64,000 nt of DNA from Akkermansiaceae bacterium (GCA_051251915.1 JBPOGF010000018.1:1-64000), one strand, 5' to 3'. Positions 38,770 to 49,713 are shown, counted from the first letter of the stretch. Translations and numbers: made by a program. Notes: a model not told the origin generated them from the sequence alone.

Positions 38770-38804
38770 AACTATGGGTGGTCTGCGGTAAATAAATAGA
38801 AATC

Positions 38805-41294
38805 ATGAGCTGGAAGAAGTTTAACTCTCGGAGGAAAGTGCGCAAGAAGTCAATTTTCAGGCGCAAGTGGTTTATTATGTTTTTCGGGGCGTGTTTCATT
38901 TGTTTGGTGGTGGCGGTGTTAGGTGCATGGATCATGTCAGATAAATATAGGGATCGCGCGGATACTTATGATTTGAATTTGGTGAATGATTTGCAGGTGC
39001 CGAATATGATCTATGACCGAGAGAGAAGCGAGGTTGGTAGAATATTCAATGAAAACCGTGATCCGATTCCTGTGGGTGATGTTCCGCAGTTGTTTATTGA
39101 TACGTTGATAGCGGCTGAGGATGCGCGTTTCTTTAGTCATGATGGATATGATTTGAAGGGTATTACGCGAGTGGTGATACAGGAGTTAAAGGGGGGGAGT
39201 GTGTCTGGTGGTGCTAGTACGTTGACGCAGCAGTTGGCGAGAAATGCCTATTATCTTCAGGATGAACGCAAGATAAGGAAAGAGAGTACTTATGAGCGTA
39301 AGTTAGTGGAAATCTTCTTGGCAATCCGAATAGAGGAGCGATATACGAAGCAGGATATATTGGAATTTTATATGAACCGAGTGAACTTTGGTGGGGGGTA
39401 TTATGGTATTCGGTCTGCGTCACTTGGGTTCTTTGGTAAGGAGCCTAAGGATCTGGAGATTCATGAGTGTGCATCGCTGGTGGGATCGATTCGTAATCCG
39501 GCGCATTATTGTCCCACGAGTGTGAATAAGAATGATGAGGGGCGGTCTGAGCGAGGATTTCAGAATAAACTGGTGAGGAACCGTGTGTTGGAGAGGATGG
39601 CGATCGAGGGGATGATTAGTGAGCGTGAGCGAGATGAGTATATGGAGCGACCACTGGTGCTTAATCCGAATCCAATTCAGCGAGGGACTTCTCATTTTCA
39701 TGATAGGGTGGCAGAGAGTTTTGATAAAATACTGCTTGAAAATGGGATAAGTGAGACTGAGAAGGCAAAGGGTGGGTATAAGATTTTCACTACGATTGAT
39801 AAGGACGTCCAAGAAATGATGGAGCGAGATATCAAGAAGAAGCTGATGAAAGTGGAACAGCGTGAAGGGTATAGTCATCCTAAGTATGTGGATTACGTGA
39901 AGTCTGAAGATTCTAAACCTGCTTATCTGCAAGGTGCTGGGATGATGATGAATAATGTGACGGGGGAAATCATTGCTTATGTTGGCGGTAGAGACTTTGA
40001 GCAGTCTCAGTATGATTTTGTGGAGTCTGGAAGGAAGCCTTTAGGGACCGCATTTTTCCCATTTATTTATACTTCAGCACTTGAGAATGGCATGAATAGT
40101 TCAACTCAGTTGATTGATGAGGCGATGGATAATAGGCAGGTGATGATTGATGGTGTGGAGGGAATTCTTGGAGAGTGGGGTAATGAAGTGGCTTCGCCGA
40201 AGTATGAGGGTTACATTCCGATGCGAAGGGCGCTGGCGGCTTCAAAGATAGCAGCTACTGTGAGATTGGGGCGCAAGATTGGGCTGGCTAAGGTGTGGGA
40301 GACATCGGAAAAATTTGGACTGCATAAGCCTGAGGGTAGGTTATTAAATAGAACGCTGCTTGGTTCTGAAGATGCATCGATTACTGAGTTAGTGAAGGCG
40401 TATTCAGCATTTCCGAATGGTGGTGAGATGGTGAAGGATCTAGTTTGGATTAACCACATTGAAGATGCCTCTGGTGAGGTTATATACAAGTGGAACAAAA
40501 ATTACGAAGTTAAAACTGAGCGAGTGATGACTGATTCATCTGCGTTCTTAGTGAATAAGATGCTGGAAGATGGAATTAAGAACGGGAGTGGAAGCGATGT
40601 CTTTAAAGCTGCTAAAATGAAGAATTTCCAGGGGGGGGGTAAGACTGGAACGACGAGTGATTTTAGTAATCATTGGTTTGTGGGTTATAATGGGAATGTG
40701 ACTTGTGCGCTATGGTCTGGTTTTTATGATGGTGTAAGGAGTGAGATCTATCCGGAAGCTTTTAGTAAGGAAACTGTGATGCCTGTATGGCTAGATGTCA
40801 TGAAAGAAGCCGGGCGAAAGATGGGCAATAAAGTGATCAAGCAACCGGAAGATGTGGTCAAAATAAGAATTTGTAGTCATTCAGGGAAGCCTGAGTCTAA
40901 AGCTTGCGAAGAGCACGTGCATAACATTGTGACTGGTGAAAGTAGTTATGTAAGTACTGGTTATGAGGAGTATTTTCATGTTGATCAGCGCCCTAGAGGA
41001 ACTTGTCCGGTTCATGGGGCTAGCTTGGGAGATTTTCACTCTGATTACTTAGCTAGTGAGTCACAGCTGAGTCCTATTGAGAGGTTGAATATGGTGCCGA
41101 TTAAGCCCAAGAAGCCGACTTTGGTGGGAGAAGATCCTTATAAGTCGGTAGCTCCAATTTATGCTCCGAGGCAGAAAAGTGTCTATCGTGCTGGGCGTGG
41201 ATTAGGGTCTATGGATTTTGATTCGCTGGATGAGCAGAATAGAGAGTCTGAAATAGAGTTGGTCAAGCCTGGGAGAATGATGATCACGGATTAA
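38805..41294 (+). CDS. Class A penicillin-binding protein (GT51 transglycosylase plus degenerate transpeptidase domain)
   Basis: TM anchor; GT51 motifs EDARFFSHDG, GASTLTQQL, RKLVE; transpeptidase-domain motif KTGTT. Confidence 0.88.
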   Translation: MSWKKFNSRRKVRKKSIFRRKWFIMFFGACFICLVVAVLGAWIMSDKYRDRADTYDLNLVNDLQVPNMIYDRERSEVGRIFNENRDPIPVGDVPQLFIDTLIAAEDARFFSHDGYDLKGITRVVIQELKGGSVSGGASTLTQQLARNAYYLQDERKIRKESTYERKLVEIFLAIRIEERYTKQDILEFYMNRVNFGGGYYGIRSASLGFFGKEPKDLEIHECASLVGSIRNPAHYCPTSVNKNDEGRSERGFQNKLVRNRVLERMAIEGMISERERDEYMERPLVLNPNPIQRGTSHFHDRVAESFDKILLENGISETEKAKGGYKIFTTIDKDVQEMMERDIKKKLMKVEQREGYSHPKYVDYVKSEDSKPAYLQGAGMMMNNVTGEIIAYVGGRDFEQSQYDFVESGRKPLGTAFFPFIYTSALENGMNSSTQLIDEAMDNRQVMIDGVEGILGEWGNEVASPKYEGYIPMRRALAASKIAATVRLGRKIGLAKVWETSEKFGLHKPEGRLLNRTLLGSEDASITELVKAYSAFPNGGEMVKDLVWINHIEDASGEVIYKWNKNYEVKTERVMTDSSAFLVNKMLEDGIKNGSGSDVFKAAKMKNFQGGGKTGTTSDFSNHWFVGYNGNVTCALWSGFYDGVRSEIYPEAFSKETVMPVWLDVMKEAGRKMGNKVIKQPEDVVKIRICSHSGKPESKACEEHVHNIVTGESSYVSTGYEEYFHVDQRPRGTCPVHGASLGDFHSDYLASESQLSPIERLNMVPIKPKKPTLVGEDPYKSVAPIYAPRQKSVYRAGRGLGSMDFDSLDEQNRESEIELVKPGRMMITD

Positions 41295-41368
41295 AGTTGA
41301 TTCCTTTTTATCGTCAATAAGCTGGCTAACTGCTTGCCATACTAAACTACCTCGCTAGTCTCTATCAC

Positions 41369-42499
41369 GTGACTACACAGACTATGCATCCGAAAGATAA
41401 AACCGGTTACGTTTGCCCAACGTGCAGAATGGTATTTTCACTTGCCCCTGACTTAGGTGGGAATGGTGTGACTTGTCCGGGCTGTGAGCATTTATTAACT
41501 ATTCCTTCCTCTGCTGATAAGGTTTCTGAGTTAGGAGTGTCACGAGCGAAGTATAGTAAGCCTAAAGTGAAAGAGCAATCTCGCGATATTGTGAAGCATC
41601 ATCGACCTTTATCTCAGGGAGAACATCATGAATGGGCTGATGAGCAAAGTGACTATGGTGATAAAGCGATGAAGATAATGATACCAATTGCATTGTTTTC
41701 GCTGCTGTTGATTGGTGGGTTAGCTTATTTATTGTTATCTGACAGTAATGAAGCTCCTAGAGCTGTAGCTGATGTTGATTCTGTAGTGGTTGAGGATACT
41801 GATATTGGCGAGAAAGCAGAAGGTGGTGAAGAAGAGGAAGAAGTTTACATTTATAATAGCAAGAATGATGAGCAAGTTGATCAGTTGGAAGAATTTTTAA
41901 CTGGCTTGTTTGCAGCTAAGACGGTGGATGAGATGCTCCCGTATGTGAGGCCTACAGACAATATCAGAGAAAAATTGGTGAAATTCTATAAAGGTGAAAC
42001 GCTGAATCAGTCACCATTTAAATCACTGGGGCAGGCGATGAATACTCCTGAGTTTCCGGGGTTTCTGACTGTATCATGTCAGACTCAAGATTATAGTAAC
42101 CATGTAGGTGTCCTGAAATATACTAAGGATGAGATTAAGTTGGATTGGGAGAGTTTTGTTGCTTACAGCGAGATGACCTGGGCTGAGTTAGCGGAGAAGA
42201 AGCCTACTGAGAAAGTTAGAGTGCGGGTTACAGCTAAACGAGCCTACTATTACAATAACGAATTTACAGATGAGTCAAAATGGCAGGCAGTTTCATTGAT
42301 CAGCCCAAATGAGCAGAATCCAATTTATGGATATTTAGAGAAGAACTCAGCTACTGAGCAACGACTGTTTAACTTTGAATTGAGTGATAATAGAAAGGTT
42401 ATTCTTGATGTGTATTTCCCGCAGGATGCGATGAAGGGAGATCAAGTATTCATCGATAATGTAGTGGAGCAAGGTTGGGTAATTTCAGAAGAAAAATAA
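41369..42499 (+). CDS. Zinc-ribbon, single-TM hypothetical protein
   Basis: CPTC...CPGC near the N-terminus, one TM segment, LDWESFVAY. Confidence 0.7.
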   Translation: MTTQTMHPKDKTGYVCPTCRMVFSLAPDLGGNGVTCPGCEHLLTIPSSADKVSELGVSRAKYSKPKVKEQSRDIVKHHRPLSQGEHHEWADEQSDYGDKAMKIMIPIALFSLLLIGGLAYLLLSDSNEAPRAVADVDSVVVEDTDIGEKAEGGEEEEEVYIYNSKNDEQVDQLEEFLTGLFAAKTVDEMLPYVRPTDNIREKLVKFYKGETLNQSPFKSLGQAMNTPEFPGFLTVSCQTQDYSNHVGVLKYTKDEIKLDWESFVAYSEMTWAELAEKKPTEKVRVRVTAKRAYYYNNEFTDESKWQAVSLISPNEQNPIYGYLEKNSATEQRLFNFELSDNRKVILDVYFPQDAMKGDQVFIDNVVEQGWVISEEK

Positions 42500-42500
42500 T

Positions 42501-43889
42501 ATGTCTAGAGACCAGGTAAATAGCACTTATGATAAGGCATTAAGGATCAATTTAGATGCCTTAAAGTATGGAACTCTTGCGGAGATTGGAGCAGGGCAGG
42601 GAGTAGCTGAATGGTTCTTTAGGGCATCGGCTACTGCTGGTACTGTAGCGAAAACGATCTCAGCTTATGATATGACTATGAGCGATGAAATCTACGGCAA
42701 ATGTGACCGTTATGTTTCTCGTGAGCGTGTGACCATGATGCTAGAGCATGAATACAAGCTGTTAGATGAACGACTTTCAGGGAAACGGGGGGAAACTTCT
42801 ACTTTCTTTTCTTACTGCAATACTGTGCGCGCTAGAGGGTATAAGGATAATGGTGAGTGCCATGGTTGGATGGGAATCCGCTTGCAGCTTAAACCTATGG
42901 GGCCGCCGTGTGATATTTTATGTCATGTCAGGCTACTGGATAAGGAAAATGTGGACCAGATGACCGCGATTGGGATCTTTGGTGTGAACTTGATTCATGC
43001 AGCATTTTACCACAGAGATAATCTGGAGGCTTTCGTGGAGTCGCTTATGGATGGCTTGGACCGAAATAATATTGAGGTTGATATGCTGAAGTTTTTAGGT
43101 GAGGGATTTAAGTTTGTGGACAATAGGCTCTGTTCACTACAGTTGGTGCAGAGTGGATTAACGGATGCTGCGATGTTCACACCTGATGGTGAGGTGGTGC
43201 AGCCTGCTGAGGTGCTATATAAGCGGCCAATAGCGTTGCTCCGTGGTAGTTTTGATCCTGTGACGAATCTTCATTTGGATATGATGGAGCAGACGAAGGT
43301 GAAGTTTTTTGAGCAGCTGGATGAGAAGCAGCAAGAGCGTTACATGGGGATCTGTGAGATATCCATGAATAATCTATTGCGTGGAAGTGTGATGGATCAT
43401 GTGGACTTTTTGGATAGGGCTGATGCTCTTCAGGCATTAGGTAAGACTGTGCTGATCTCGCGCTGTCCGGAATTCCACAAGATAGCGACTTATTTGAACC
43501 GTTATACGAATCAGCCGATTGCAATCTCGCTGAGTATTGGGTTGTTGAACGAATTATTTAAAGAGAAGTGGTCAGAAAATCTGGCTGGCGGTATTTTGGA
43601 ATCCTTTGGTAGGTTGTTTAAGAACCAGCTGAGTCTGTATGTTTATCCATGGAAAAACCGTCAGACTGGCGAGTTGGTGACGACGGAGGTGTTCAAAATC
43701 GAAGCTCATTTGAGCCATCTATTGCAATATTTTAGGGAGAATAAGATGATACAAGATGTGGAGTGTAGTGATGAAGAACTCTTAGCTTACACAGGAAGAG
43801 ACATTTTGAAAATGATCCAGGATGGTGATGACAGCTGGAAAGACCAAGTGCCTTCTTTTGCTCATAAGGTGGCATTACATCAGCATTAA
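42501..43889 (+). CDS. Nucleotidyltransferase-fold protein (nicotinate-nucleotide adenylyltransferase-like)
   Basis: YGTLAEIGAGQ, SAYDMTMSDEIYG, and RGSFDPVTNLH, a degenerate HIGH-type motif. Confidence 0.6.
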   Translation: MSRDQVNSTYDKALRINLDALKYGTLAEIGAGQGVAEWFFRASATAGTVAKTISAYDMTMSDEIYGKCDRYVSRERVTMMLEHEYKLLDERLSGKRGETSTFFSYCNTVRARGYKDNGECHGWMGIRLQLKPMGPPCDILCHVRLLDKENVDQMTAIGIFGVNLIHAAFYHRDNLEAFVESLMDGLDRNNIEVDMLKFLGEGFKFVDNRLCSLQLVQSGLTDAAMFTPDGEVVQPAEVLYKRPIALLRGSFDPVTNLHLDMMEQTKVKFFEQLDEKQQERYMGICEISMNNLLRGSVMDHVDFLDRADALQALGKTVLISRCPEFHKIATYLNRYTNQPIAISLSIGLLNELFKEKWSENLAGGILESFGRLFKNQLSLYVYPWKNRQTGELVTTEVFKIEAHLSHLLQYFRENKMIQDVECSDEELLAYTGRDILKMIQDGDDSWKDQVPSFAHKVALHQH

Positions 43890-43920
43890 AAATTCATCTT
43901 AGACGAGTGCCAACTTAGTT

Positions 43921-44967
43921 ATGACTTCTGATATACGAGGACTTTTGCAATACGTGCCACTTTTTAGAGGTAAGGTATTTGTCATCGATATAGACTGGGG
44001 TTCTGCTAATGATGGAGTGAAGGCAGAGATTCTGATGGATCTTTCTGCGCTTCAGCAAGTGGGTGTGAAGTTAGTAATCTCGATGCGTCTTGAGCAGGCT
44101 CAGGACTTTTTTGATTACTCAGCGGAGATTGAGCTTCGCGTGTCTACTGCTGTTAGGTCATGTTTGGATACTGGTCTGGATGAGTTGTTGGGAAGGGGGC
44201 AGGCTTTTGTTGTGGCGCGTGAAGCAGCGCTGATTTCTGATGAACTCATTGATCTTAGTTGTTCGCTGCAAGCTACAAAACTGATCTGCGTATCTGCTGT
44301 TCCTGAGTTATTAGATGCTGACGGAACGGTGGTGAAGTTCATCCACATTAACGAGTTCAAAGAGAGTGTATCAGATTCAAGTCATCCGGCGCAGATACAA
44401 GCGGTGAAAGCATGCCAGGCAGGGGTTCAGCGTGTGCATTTGCTGAATGTGAGTCAGCAGGGCGTCTTGATCAACGAGCTGTTCTCATCTGAAGGTGTAG
44501 GGACGATGTTTTACACCGATAGCTACCGTGCCATTCGGCCGATCAAGGAAGAGGATATTTCTGAGATGCTGGGGATGATAGGTCGATCTGTAAGGAATAC
44601 TCATTTGGTTCCGAGGACTTTTGAAGATGTTAGGGACAATATTGAAGCTTATTATGTGATGGAAGTGGATGACAACGTAGTGGGTTGTGGTGCGCTGTAT
44701 GAGTATGGAGACTGGGCAGAGGTGGCTTGCCTGTATGTGAAACAGTCCCATGAAGGAACTGGCTATGGTGCCTCGATGGTGGAGTTTCTAGAGGAGAAGG
44801 CACGGAGTAAACGTATTGCGAACGTCTTTGCGCTTAGTAACCGGTCTGCGGAATTCTTTAAGAAGATAGGTTATGAAGAGATGGAGATAAATGATTTACC
44901 CGCTGAGCGTGGTCAGAGACTTCTTGAAAGTGGTAGGGAGTCTGGAGCGTTTCAGAAGAGATTCTAG
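43921..44967 (+). CDS. argA: Amino-acid N-acetyltransferase (N-acetylglutamate synthase)
   Basis: YVPLFRGKVFVI, GVQRVHLL, ELFSSEGVGT, and a C-terminal GNAT domain (AEVACLYV). Confidence 0.85.
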   Translation: MTSDIRGLLQYVPLFRGKVFVIDIDWGSANDGVKAEILMDLSALQQVGVKLVISMRLEQAQDFFDYSAEIELRVSTAVRSCLDTGLDELLGRGQAFVVAREAALISDELIDLSCSLQATKLICVSAVPELLDADGTVVKFIHINEFKESVSDSSHPAQIQAVKACQAGVQRVHLLNVSQQGVLINELFSSEGVGTMFYTDSYRAIRPIKEEDISEMLGMIGRSVRNTHLVPRTFEDVRDNIEAYYVMEVDDNVVGCGALYEYGDWAEVACLYVKQSHEGTGYGASMVEFLEEKARSKRIANVFALSNRSAEFFKKIGYEEMEINDLPAERGQRLLESGRESGAFQKRF

Positions 44968-45145
44968 AGGTGGATTACGGTTCTTTCGGGAGTTTGGTGT
45001 TCTGTCACAGTTGTGTATATATTTCATGTGTGGTTTTTGAATAGACCATCCATGATAGGTTTCTGATGCTTTAATTATGACTAAAATGAACTATTTGATA
45101 GTTTGTGATATTTCTCTGTGTATAGTTTTCAGAACTTTAATCTCC

Positions 45146-46669
45146 ATGACTTCAAAACTATCTATTTTTCTTCTTAGTGTCGGCTTATCTGGCACTGTTC
45201 TCTCTAATCCAAATGGGGAAGCTGTGTTTAAACAGCTATGTTCGGCTTGTCATGGGTTAGATGGCAAGGGTGCTGGTGAAGGTGCTTTTCCTCCTTTAGA
45301 TGGTTCGGAATGGGTTAAAGGTAGTCCGGATAGGATTGCTCAAATTCTGCTACACGGGCTGACTGGGCCGATTGAGGTGAAGGGAAAAACTTATGATTTG
45401 GTGATGCCTCCGCAGGGGAATCTGACAGATCAGCAGAGTGTTGATGTGATTAACTATGTGGTGGGTAAGTGGGGAGATAAGAAGGGTGGCTATACTTTGG
45501 CTGCTTATGAGAAGGCAGGTAAGAAATCTAGTGACCGGACTGAGGCGTGGACAGCGGATGAGCTTCTGAAGTTGTATCCTTTAGCAGATAAACCTAAGGA
45601 ACAGTCTCATTTGGAGAACTTATTGATGCATTCGTATAAGGGGACTTGGAAGTTGATTCCAGATTTCTCGGAGTTAGAGGCTGGTGCTACTGAAGAGGAG
45701 CATGATGGTTTCTTGTCTTTGGAGAAGATTAACCAGAAGCACTTTTTTGGGTTGGTTTGGGAAGGTGAGTTGAGGATAGAGAAGAGTGGTCAGTATGAAT
45801 TTGAGATCGATGGAGATGATGCTGTTAGGTTAGTGATCGATGGTAAAAAGTTGGCTGAAGTGACTGGACTAGGACCGATGAATGGGAGTAGGAAGAAGAA
45901 GGGAGTGGTTGCTTTGGAGGCGGGACTGCATGATTTCAGGTTCGAATATTTGCAGAATAGATCTAATAAGGGGATTCTGGCTAGGTTTAAAGATGTGAAG
46001 AGTAAGAAGTGGATGTGGCTTACGAAAAAGGTGGCACAGAAGAGAAAAGCACAGAAGATCCCTGTGATTGATCTCACTCCTAAGGATGGGCGAGTGAGAG
46101 TTTATAATAACTTTATTGTAGGTTCTTCTGCGCGAGGTTTGGCTGTTGGTTTTCCGGTAGGGAATCATTATTCATATAGTCCAGATAGGGGGACTGTGGA
46201 CCAGCTGTGGAGAGGCAAATTCATAAGTGGAGGGAGGCATTGGACTCAGAGAGGGAAGGGGTTTGAGGCTCCTTTGGGTAAGTTGGTTTCTGGGGTGTCT
46301 GATAATAAAGCTAGTTGGAAGCTGGATGGGAAAGATGCTGAGATTAGTTATCTAGGATATAAGCTAGATGCTGATGGGAATCCGATGTTTAGGTATACTG
46401 TAAATGGTGTGGAGGTTCAAGATGAGATGACTGCCTCTGAGGCTGGGTTTACGAGATCGGTGAGTTTTCTTGGTAAGCCTAGTGAGTCTACCCAATTGGT
46501 CTTGTGTGAAAAATTTAGTGGTAAGGTTTCTGGATTATCTGCTGAGGTTAACCCGAATTTCACTATTTCAGTTTCTGACAAAAATGGAGCATTGAAGGCT
46601 CAAGGGAAGCAACTCATTTTATCTAACATTTCTTCAACTCTTACTATCGAATACCAATGGAAAAAATAA
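45146..46669 (+). CDS. Cytochrome c plus PA14 domain exported protein
   Basis: Heme motif CSACH, FPPLDGSEWV, MPPQ; PA14-like segments DGDDAVRLVIDG and GLHDFRFEY. Confidence 0.85.
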   Translation: MTSKLSIFLLSVGLSGTVLSNPNGEAVFKQLCSACHGLDGKGAGEGAFPPLDGSEWVKGSPDRIAQILLHGLTGPIEVKGKTYDLVMPPQGNLTDQQSVDVINYVVGKWGDKKGGYTLAAYEKAGKKSSDRTEAWTADELLKLYPLADKPKEQSHLENLLMHSYKGTWKLIPDFSELEAGATEEEHDGFLSLEKINQKHFFGLVWEGELRIEKSGQYEFEIDGDDAVRLVIDGKKLAEVTGLGPMNGSRKKKGVVALEAGLHDFRFEYLQNRSNKGILARFKDVKSKKWMWLTKKVAQKRKAQKIPVIDLTPKDGRVRVYNNFIVGSSARGLAVGFPVGNHYSYSPDRGTVDQLWRGKFISGGRHWTQRGKGFEAPLGKLVSGVSDNKASWKLDGKDAEISYLGYKLDADGNPMFRYTVNGVEVQDEMTASEAGFTRSVSFLGKPSESTQLVLCEKFSGKVSGLSAEVNPNFTISVSDKNGALKAQGKQLILSNISSTLTIEYQWKK

Positions 46670-48153
46670 TATTAACAGGTTTGACGGGGCTATTGCTTAG
46701 CCAGGCGGCGGTAGCTAATTTTAAGAAGGGAACAGCTTTACCTGATACTAGTGGTCAGTCTGAGTATTATGTTACTGAGAGTATTCCTCTGCCTAAAGGG
46801 GAGGTGATGGAGATAGGTTCTATCGCGCTTATGGCTGATAAGAAAGTGGCTGTTACTACACGGAGAGGTGATGTGTGGGTGTGCTCTGGAGCTTATGCGA
46901 AAGATCTCTCAGGAGTGAAATGGAATAGGGTTTTCAATGGGGCTCATGAGCCTTTGGGGATGTTTGAGAAGGATGGGTGGCTGCATTTTATGGATCGGGA
47001 TGCTTATGTGCGCATTGGTGATACGGATAAGAACGGTAGCTATGAAACCTATGAAGTGATTTCTAATCAATGGGGGATTAATGGGGATTATCACGAGTAT
47101 AATTTTGGATCGACGCCTGATAAGGATGGGAATGTGTATGTGGTGCATTGTCTAACAGGATCTGCTACTGCTAAATCTCAATGGCGAGGATGGGCTCAGA
47201 AGATAGCTGCTGATGGGACTACTACGCAGTTTGCCTCTGGGGTTCGTTCTCCGGGTGGGATTGGTTATAATGCTAGTGGTGATATTTTCTATACTGACAA
47301 CCAAGGGTTATGGAATGGGACTTCTTCGTTGAAGCATTTGAAGCCGGGTGGGTTTATGGGGAATCCGACAGGTTTGGTTTATTATGATGATGCTAAAGGT
47401 GGGATTATGGGGGAGAGGCCTGCTGATCCTGTAGACGGTTCTACGCTGGCTATTGAAGGGAAGAAAATTCCGCAACTTGTTCCTCCTGCTGTGCAGATGC
47501 CGCATGGTAAGATAGGGCAGTCGCCTACGGCGGTGATCACTGATAAGACGGATGGGAAGTTCGGGTTATTTGGTGGGCAGGTGTTGGTGGGTGAGCAGAC
47601 TCATTCACAGGTTCAGCGTGTTTATTTAGAGCAGGTGAATGGAGTGTATCAGGGAGCTGTTTGGCATTTTCTTGGTGGATTCAAGAGTGGGATTATTCCT
47701 ATGAGATTGTCCGGTGATGGAACTTTATTTGTGGGTGGTAGTAGCCGAGGCTGGGCATCTGCGGGTGGGAAGCCATTTAACTTTGAGCGTGTTCGATGGA
47801 CAGGGAAAGAGCCATTTGAGATGGAAAAGGTGGAAGCTCTTAAGGATGGATTTAAGATTACTTTTACTGAGCCTGTGGCTAATCTTGATGAGATCAAGGT
47901 GGAGAATGTGAACTGTGAAGCGTGGACGTATCAGTATAGGTCTAAGTATGGTAGTCCTGAGATAGAGCAGGTGAAGCCGAATGTGGTATCAGTGAGTGTG
48001 GATACTGAGACTAAGCAGAGTATTACGATCAAGCTGGATAAGATGACGCAGGGTCATGTGCATCATCTATCGCTTAGAGAGATCAAGAATAGTGCTGGAA
48101 AGGCACTGTGGCATCCAGAGGTCTATTATACGCTTAATGAGATTCCTAAATAA
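46657..48153 (+). CDS. Exported beta-propeller protein (sugar/sorbosone dehydrogenase-like), likely partner of the cytochrome c
   Basis: GDYHEY, SGVRSPGG, YTDNQG, YYTLNEIP; overlaps the end of the upstream gene. Confidence 0.7.
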   Translation: MEKIILTGLTGLLLSQAAVANFKKGTALPDTSGQSEYYVTESIPLPKGEVMEIGSIALMADKKVAVTTRRGDVWVCSGAYAKDLSGVKWNRVFNGAHEPLGMFEKDGWLHFMDRDAYVRIGDTDKNGSYETYEVISNQWGINGDYHEYNFGSTPDKDGNVYVVHCLTGSATAKSQWRGWAQKIAADGTTTQFASGVRSPGGIGYNASGDIFYTDNQGLWNGTSSLKHLKPGGFMGNPTGLVYYDDAKGGIMGERPADPVDGSTLAIEGKKIPQLVPPAVQMPHGKIGQSPTAVITDKTDGKFGLFGGQVLVGEQTHSQVQRVYLEQVNGVYQGAVWHFLGGFKSGIIPMRLSGDGTLFVGGSSRGWASAGGKPFNFERVRWTGKEPFEMEKVEALKDGFKITFTEPVANLDEIKVENVNCEAWTYQYRSKYGSPEIEQVKPNVVSVSVDTETKQSITIKLDKMTQGHVHHLSLREIKNSAGKALWHPEVYYTLNEIPK

Positions 48154-48180
48154 GCTAGCTTTAGTTAGGTAGTTAGGGTT

Positions 48181-49185
48181 TTATTTAATAATGATCACCA
48201 GGGCTCGGTGGTCGCTGGCGGGGTCACCTGGTGGAGTGTCTAGGACGTAGGAGCCTTTCTGGTCGATACTGGGGAGGAGTGCTGGGGAGGCGAATGCGAA
48301 GTCGAAGCGTGAGTATATGTCTTCTCTGGCCCAGTATTGTGTCCATTTGGTTCCTTGTTTGTCGAATAGCTCGATTGCGGTAAGTTTACTGGCTTTAGAT
48401 CCGCGCATCAGTCTGATAGTTGAGCTTCCTTTGGTGTCGTTCATGTCGCCAAATACGAGGACTTTTCTGTTTGGGTCTGATAATACGGCTGATGCATGGC
48501 TTCTTAGCAGTTGGGCTTCTTCGCGGCGGATTACGGCTTCATCATATTCGGCAATGGGGCGCTTGGACTTGAGGTGGGCACCTAGGAAACGGATGTTGCC
48601 TTTAGGGGTTTGTACTGTTGCATCGAGAATTCCACGGCGGATTTCGTGGTCTTGGCCTTTCATTTTGTAGGTGTATTTAGGCACGTTATGCATGTTGATA
48701 GGGTAGTGTGATAGGAGTGCCTGTCTGCGGTAGGGGTCTGGGCCTGATGAAAGGAATGTGTGTTGGAAATCGATTCCGGCCTTTTTGAGTCTAGTTTGTA
48801 AGTGATCTAGATCTTTTTGGGTGCCAATTTCGCAGACTCCTAGGATGTCAGGGTTGGCCCGGACGATGTTGTCGATGAGGGCTTTGATCTCGTGTTCTGG
48901 CTTAAATTGATCTGAGCTTCCTCGTCTCATGGTGAGGTAGTTTCTTAGATTGTAGGAGACAAACCGCAGGGGTTTGTCTTTGGTGTTGATATTGGAAGTA
49001 GTGACTACTTTGACTTGCTGTATGGGGTCGTCGACCTTTGGGGGGATGACCTTTGGAGGTGTAGGTTCAGCATACTGAGGGGGGCTTGCGGCCTCCCAGT
49101 CTGGTGTTTCTTGTTTCTTATTGCAGCTGCTCAGTAGAGCGCCAAGGGTGAATGCAAGTATTGTTTTGTAGCAGAATTGTTTCAT
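48181..49185 (-). CDS. Endonuclease/exonuclease/phosphatase family lipoprotein
   Basis: Lipobox LLSSC; SYNLRN, HLKSK, GDMND, FDF, ASDH. Confidence 0.88.
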   Translation of the reverse strand: MKQFCYKTILAFTLGALLSSCNKKQETPDWEAASPPQYAEPTPPKVIPPKVDDPIQQVKVVTTSNINTKDKPLRFVSYNLRNYLTMRRGSSDQFKPEHEIKALIDNIVRANPDILGVCEIGTQKDLDHLQTRLKKAGIDFQHTFLSSGPDPYRRQALLSHYPINMHNVPKYTYKMKGQDHEIRRGILDATVQTPKGNIRFLGAHLKSKRPIAEYDEAVIRREEAQLLRSHASAVLSDPNRKVLVFGDMNDTKGSSTIRLMRGSKASKLTAIELFDKQGTKWTQYWAREDIYSRFDFAFASPALLPSIDQKGSYVLDTPPGDPASDHRALVIIIK

Positions 49186-49253
49186 AAAATAAAAAAACCT
49201 CATTGGGTTATCCAATGAGGTGATCGTTAAATGTTGTATGTTCACGTAGTGAG

Positions 49254-49508
49254 TTAGTCTTCGGTTGAAGCTACTTTTTCCTTTGGTTCAACAGCTTTAG
49301 TAGTTTCTGTTTTGGCTTCTGTTTCGGCTCTGGTGATTTCACGTTCGAATTCATCGCGAGCGCGCTTGAATTCTCCAGTGCTCTTACCGATTCCGCGAGC
49401 AAGTTGAGGTAATTTCTTCGCTCCAAAGAGTAGAAGAACGATAAGGAATACGAGGATCATTTCCTGTCCTCCGAAGCTGAAAGCTAGTGTGTGAGTAAAG
49501 TCGCTCAT
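49254..49508 (-). CDS. tatA: Twin-arginine translocase TatA
   Basis: GGQEMILVFLIVLLLFGAKKLPQLARGIGKSTGEFK. Confidence 0.95.
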   Translation of the reverse strand: MSDFTHTLAFSFGGQEMILVFLIVLLLFGAKKLPQLARGIGKSTGEFKRARDEFEREITRAETEAKTETTKAVEPKEKVASTED

Positions 49509-49590
49509 GGATGGAAAGTAAGCGGGTTTTCAGGATTTAGCAAATGAATTTATTTCTGGGTGGCAGGGGATTAGTTTATTCATTCAGTAG

Positions 49591-49713
49591 CTATTTATCA
49601 GTAAGACAGTCTAGTAATTTCTTAGTTCCGAAAAAAAGAAGAACTATAATGAATGCCAAGATCAACTCTTGTCCTCCAAAGCTGAAAGCTAGTGTTTGCG
49701 TGTCATCTCTCAT
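49591..49713 (-). pseudogene. Truncated 40-aa tatA paralogue from a tandem duplication
   Basis: Translates as MRDDTQTLAFSFGGQELILAFIIVLLFFGTKKLLDCLTDK*; the upstream promoter region is duplicated too. Confidence 0.75.
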
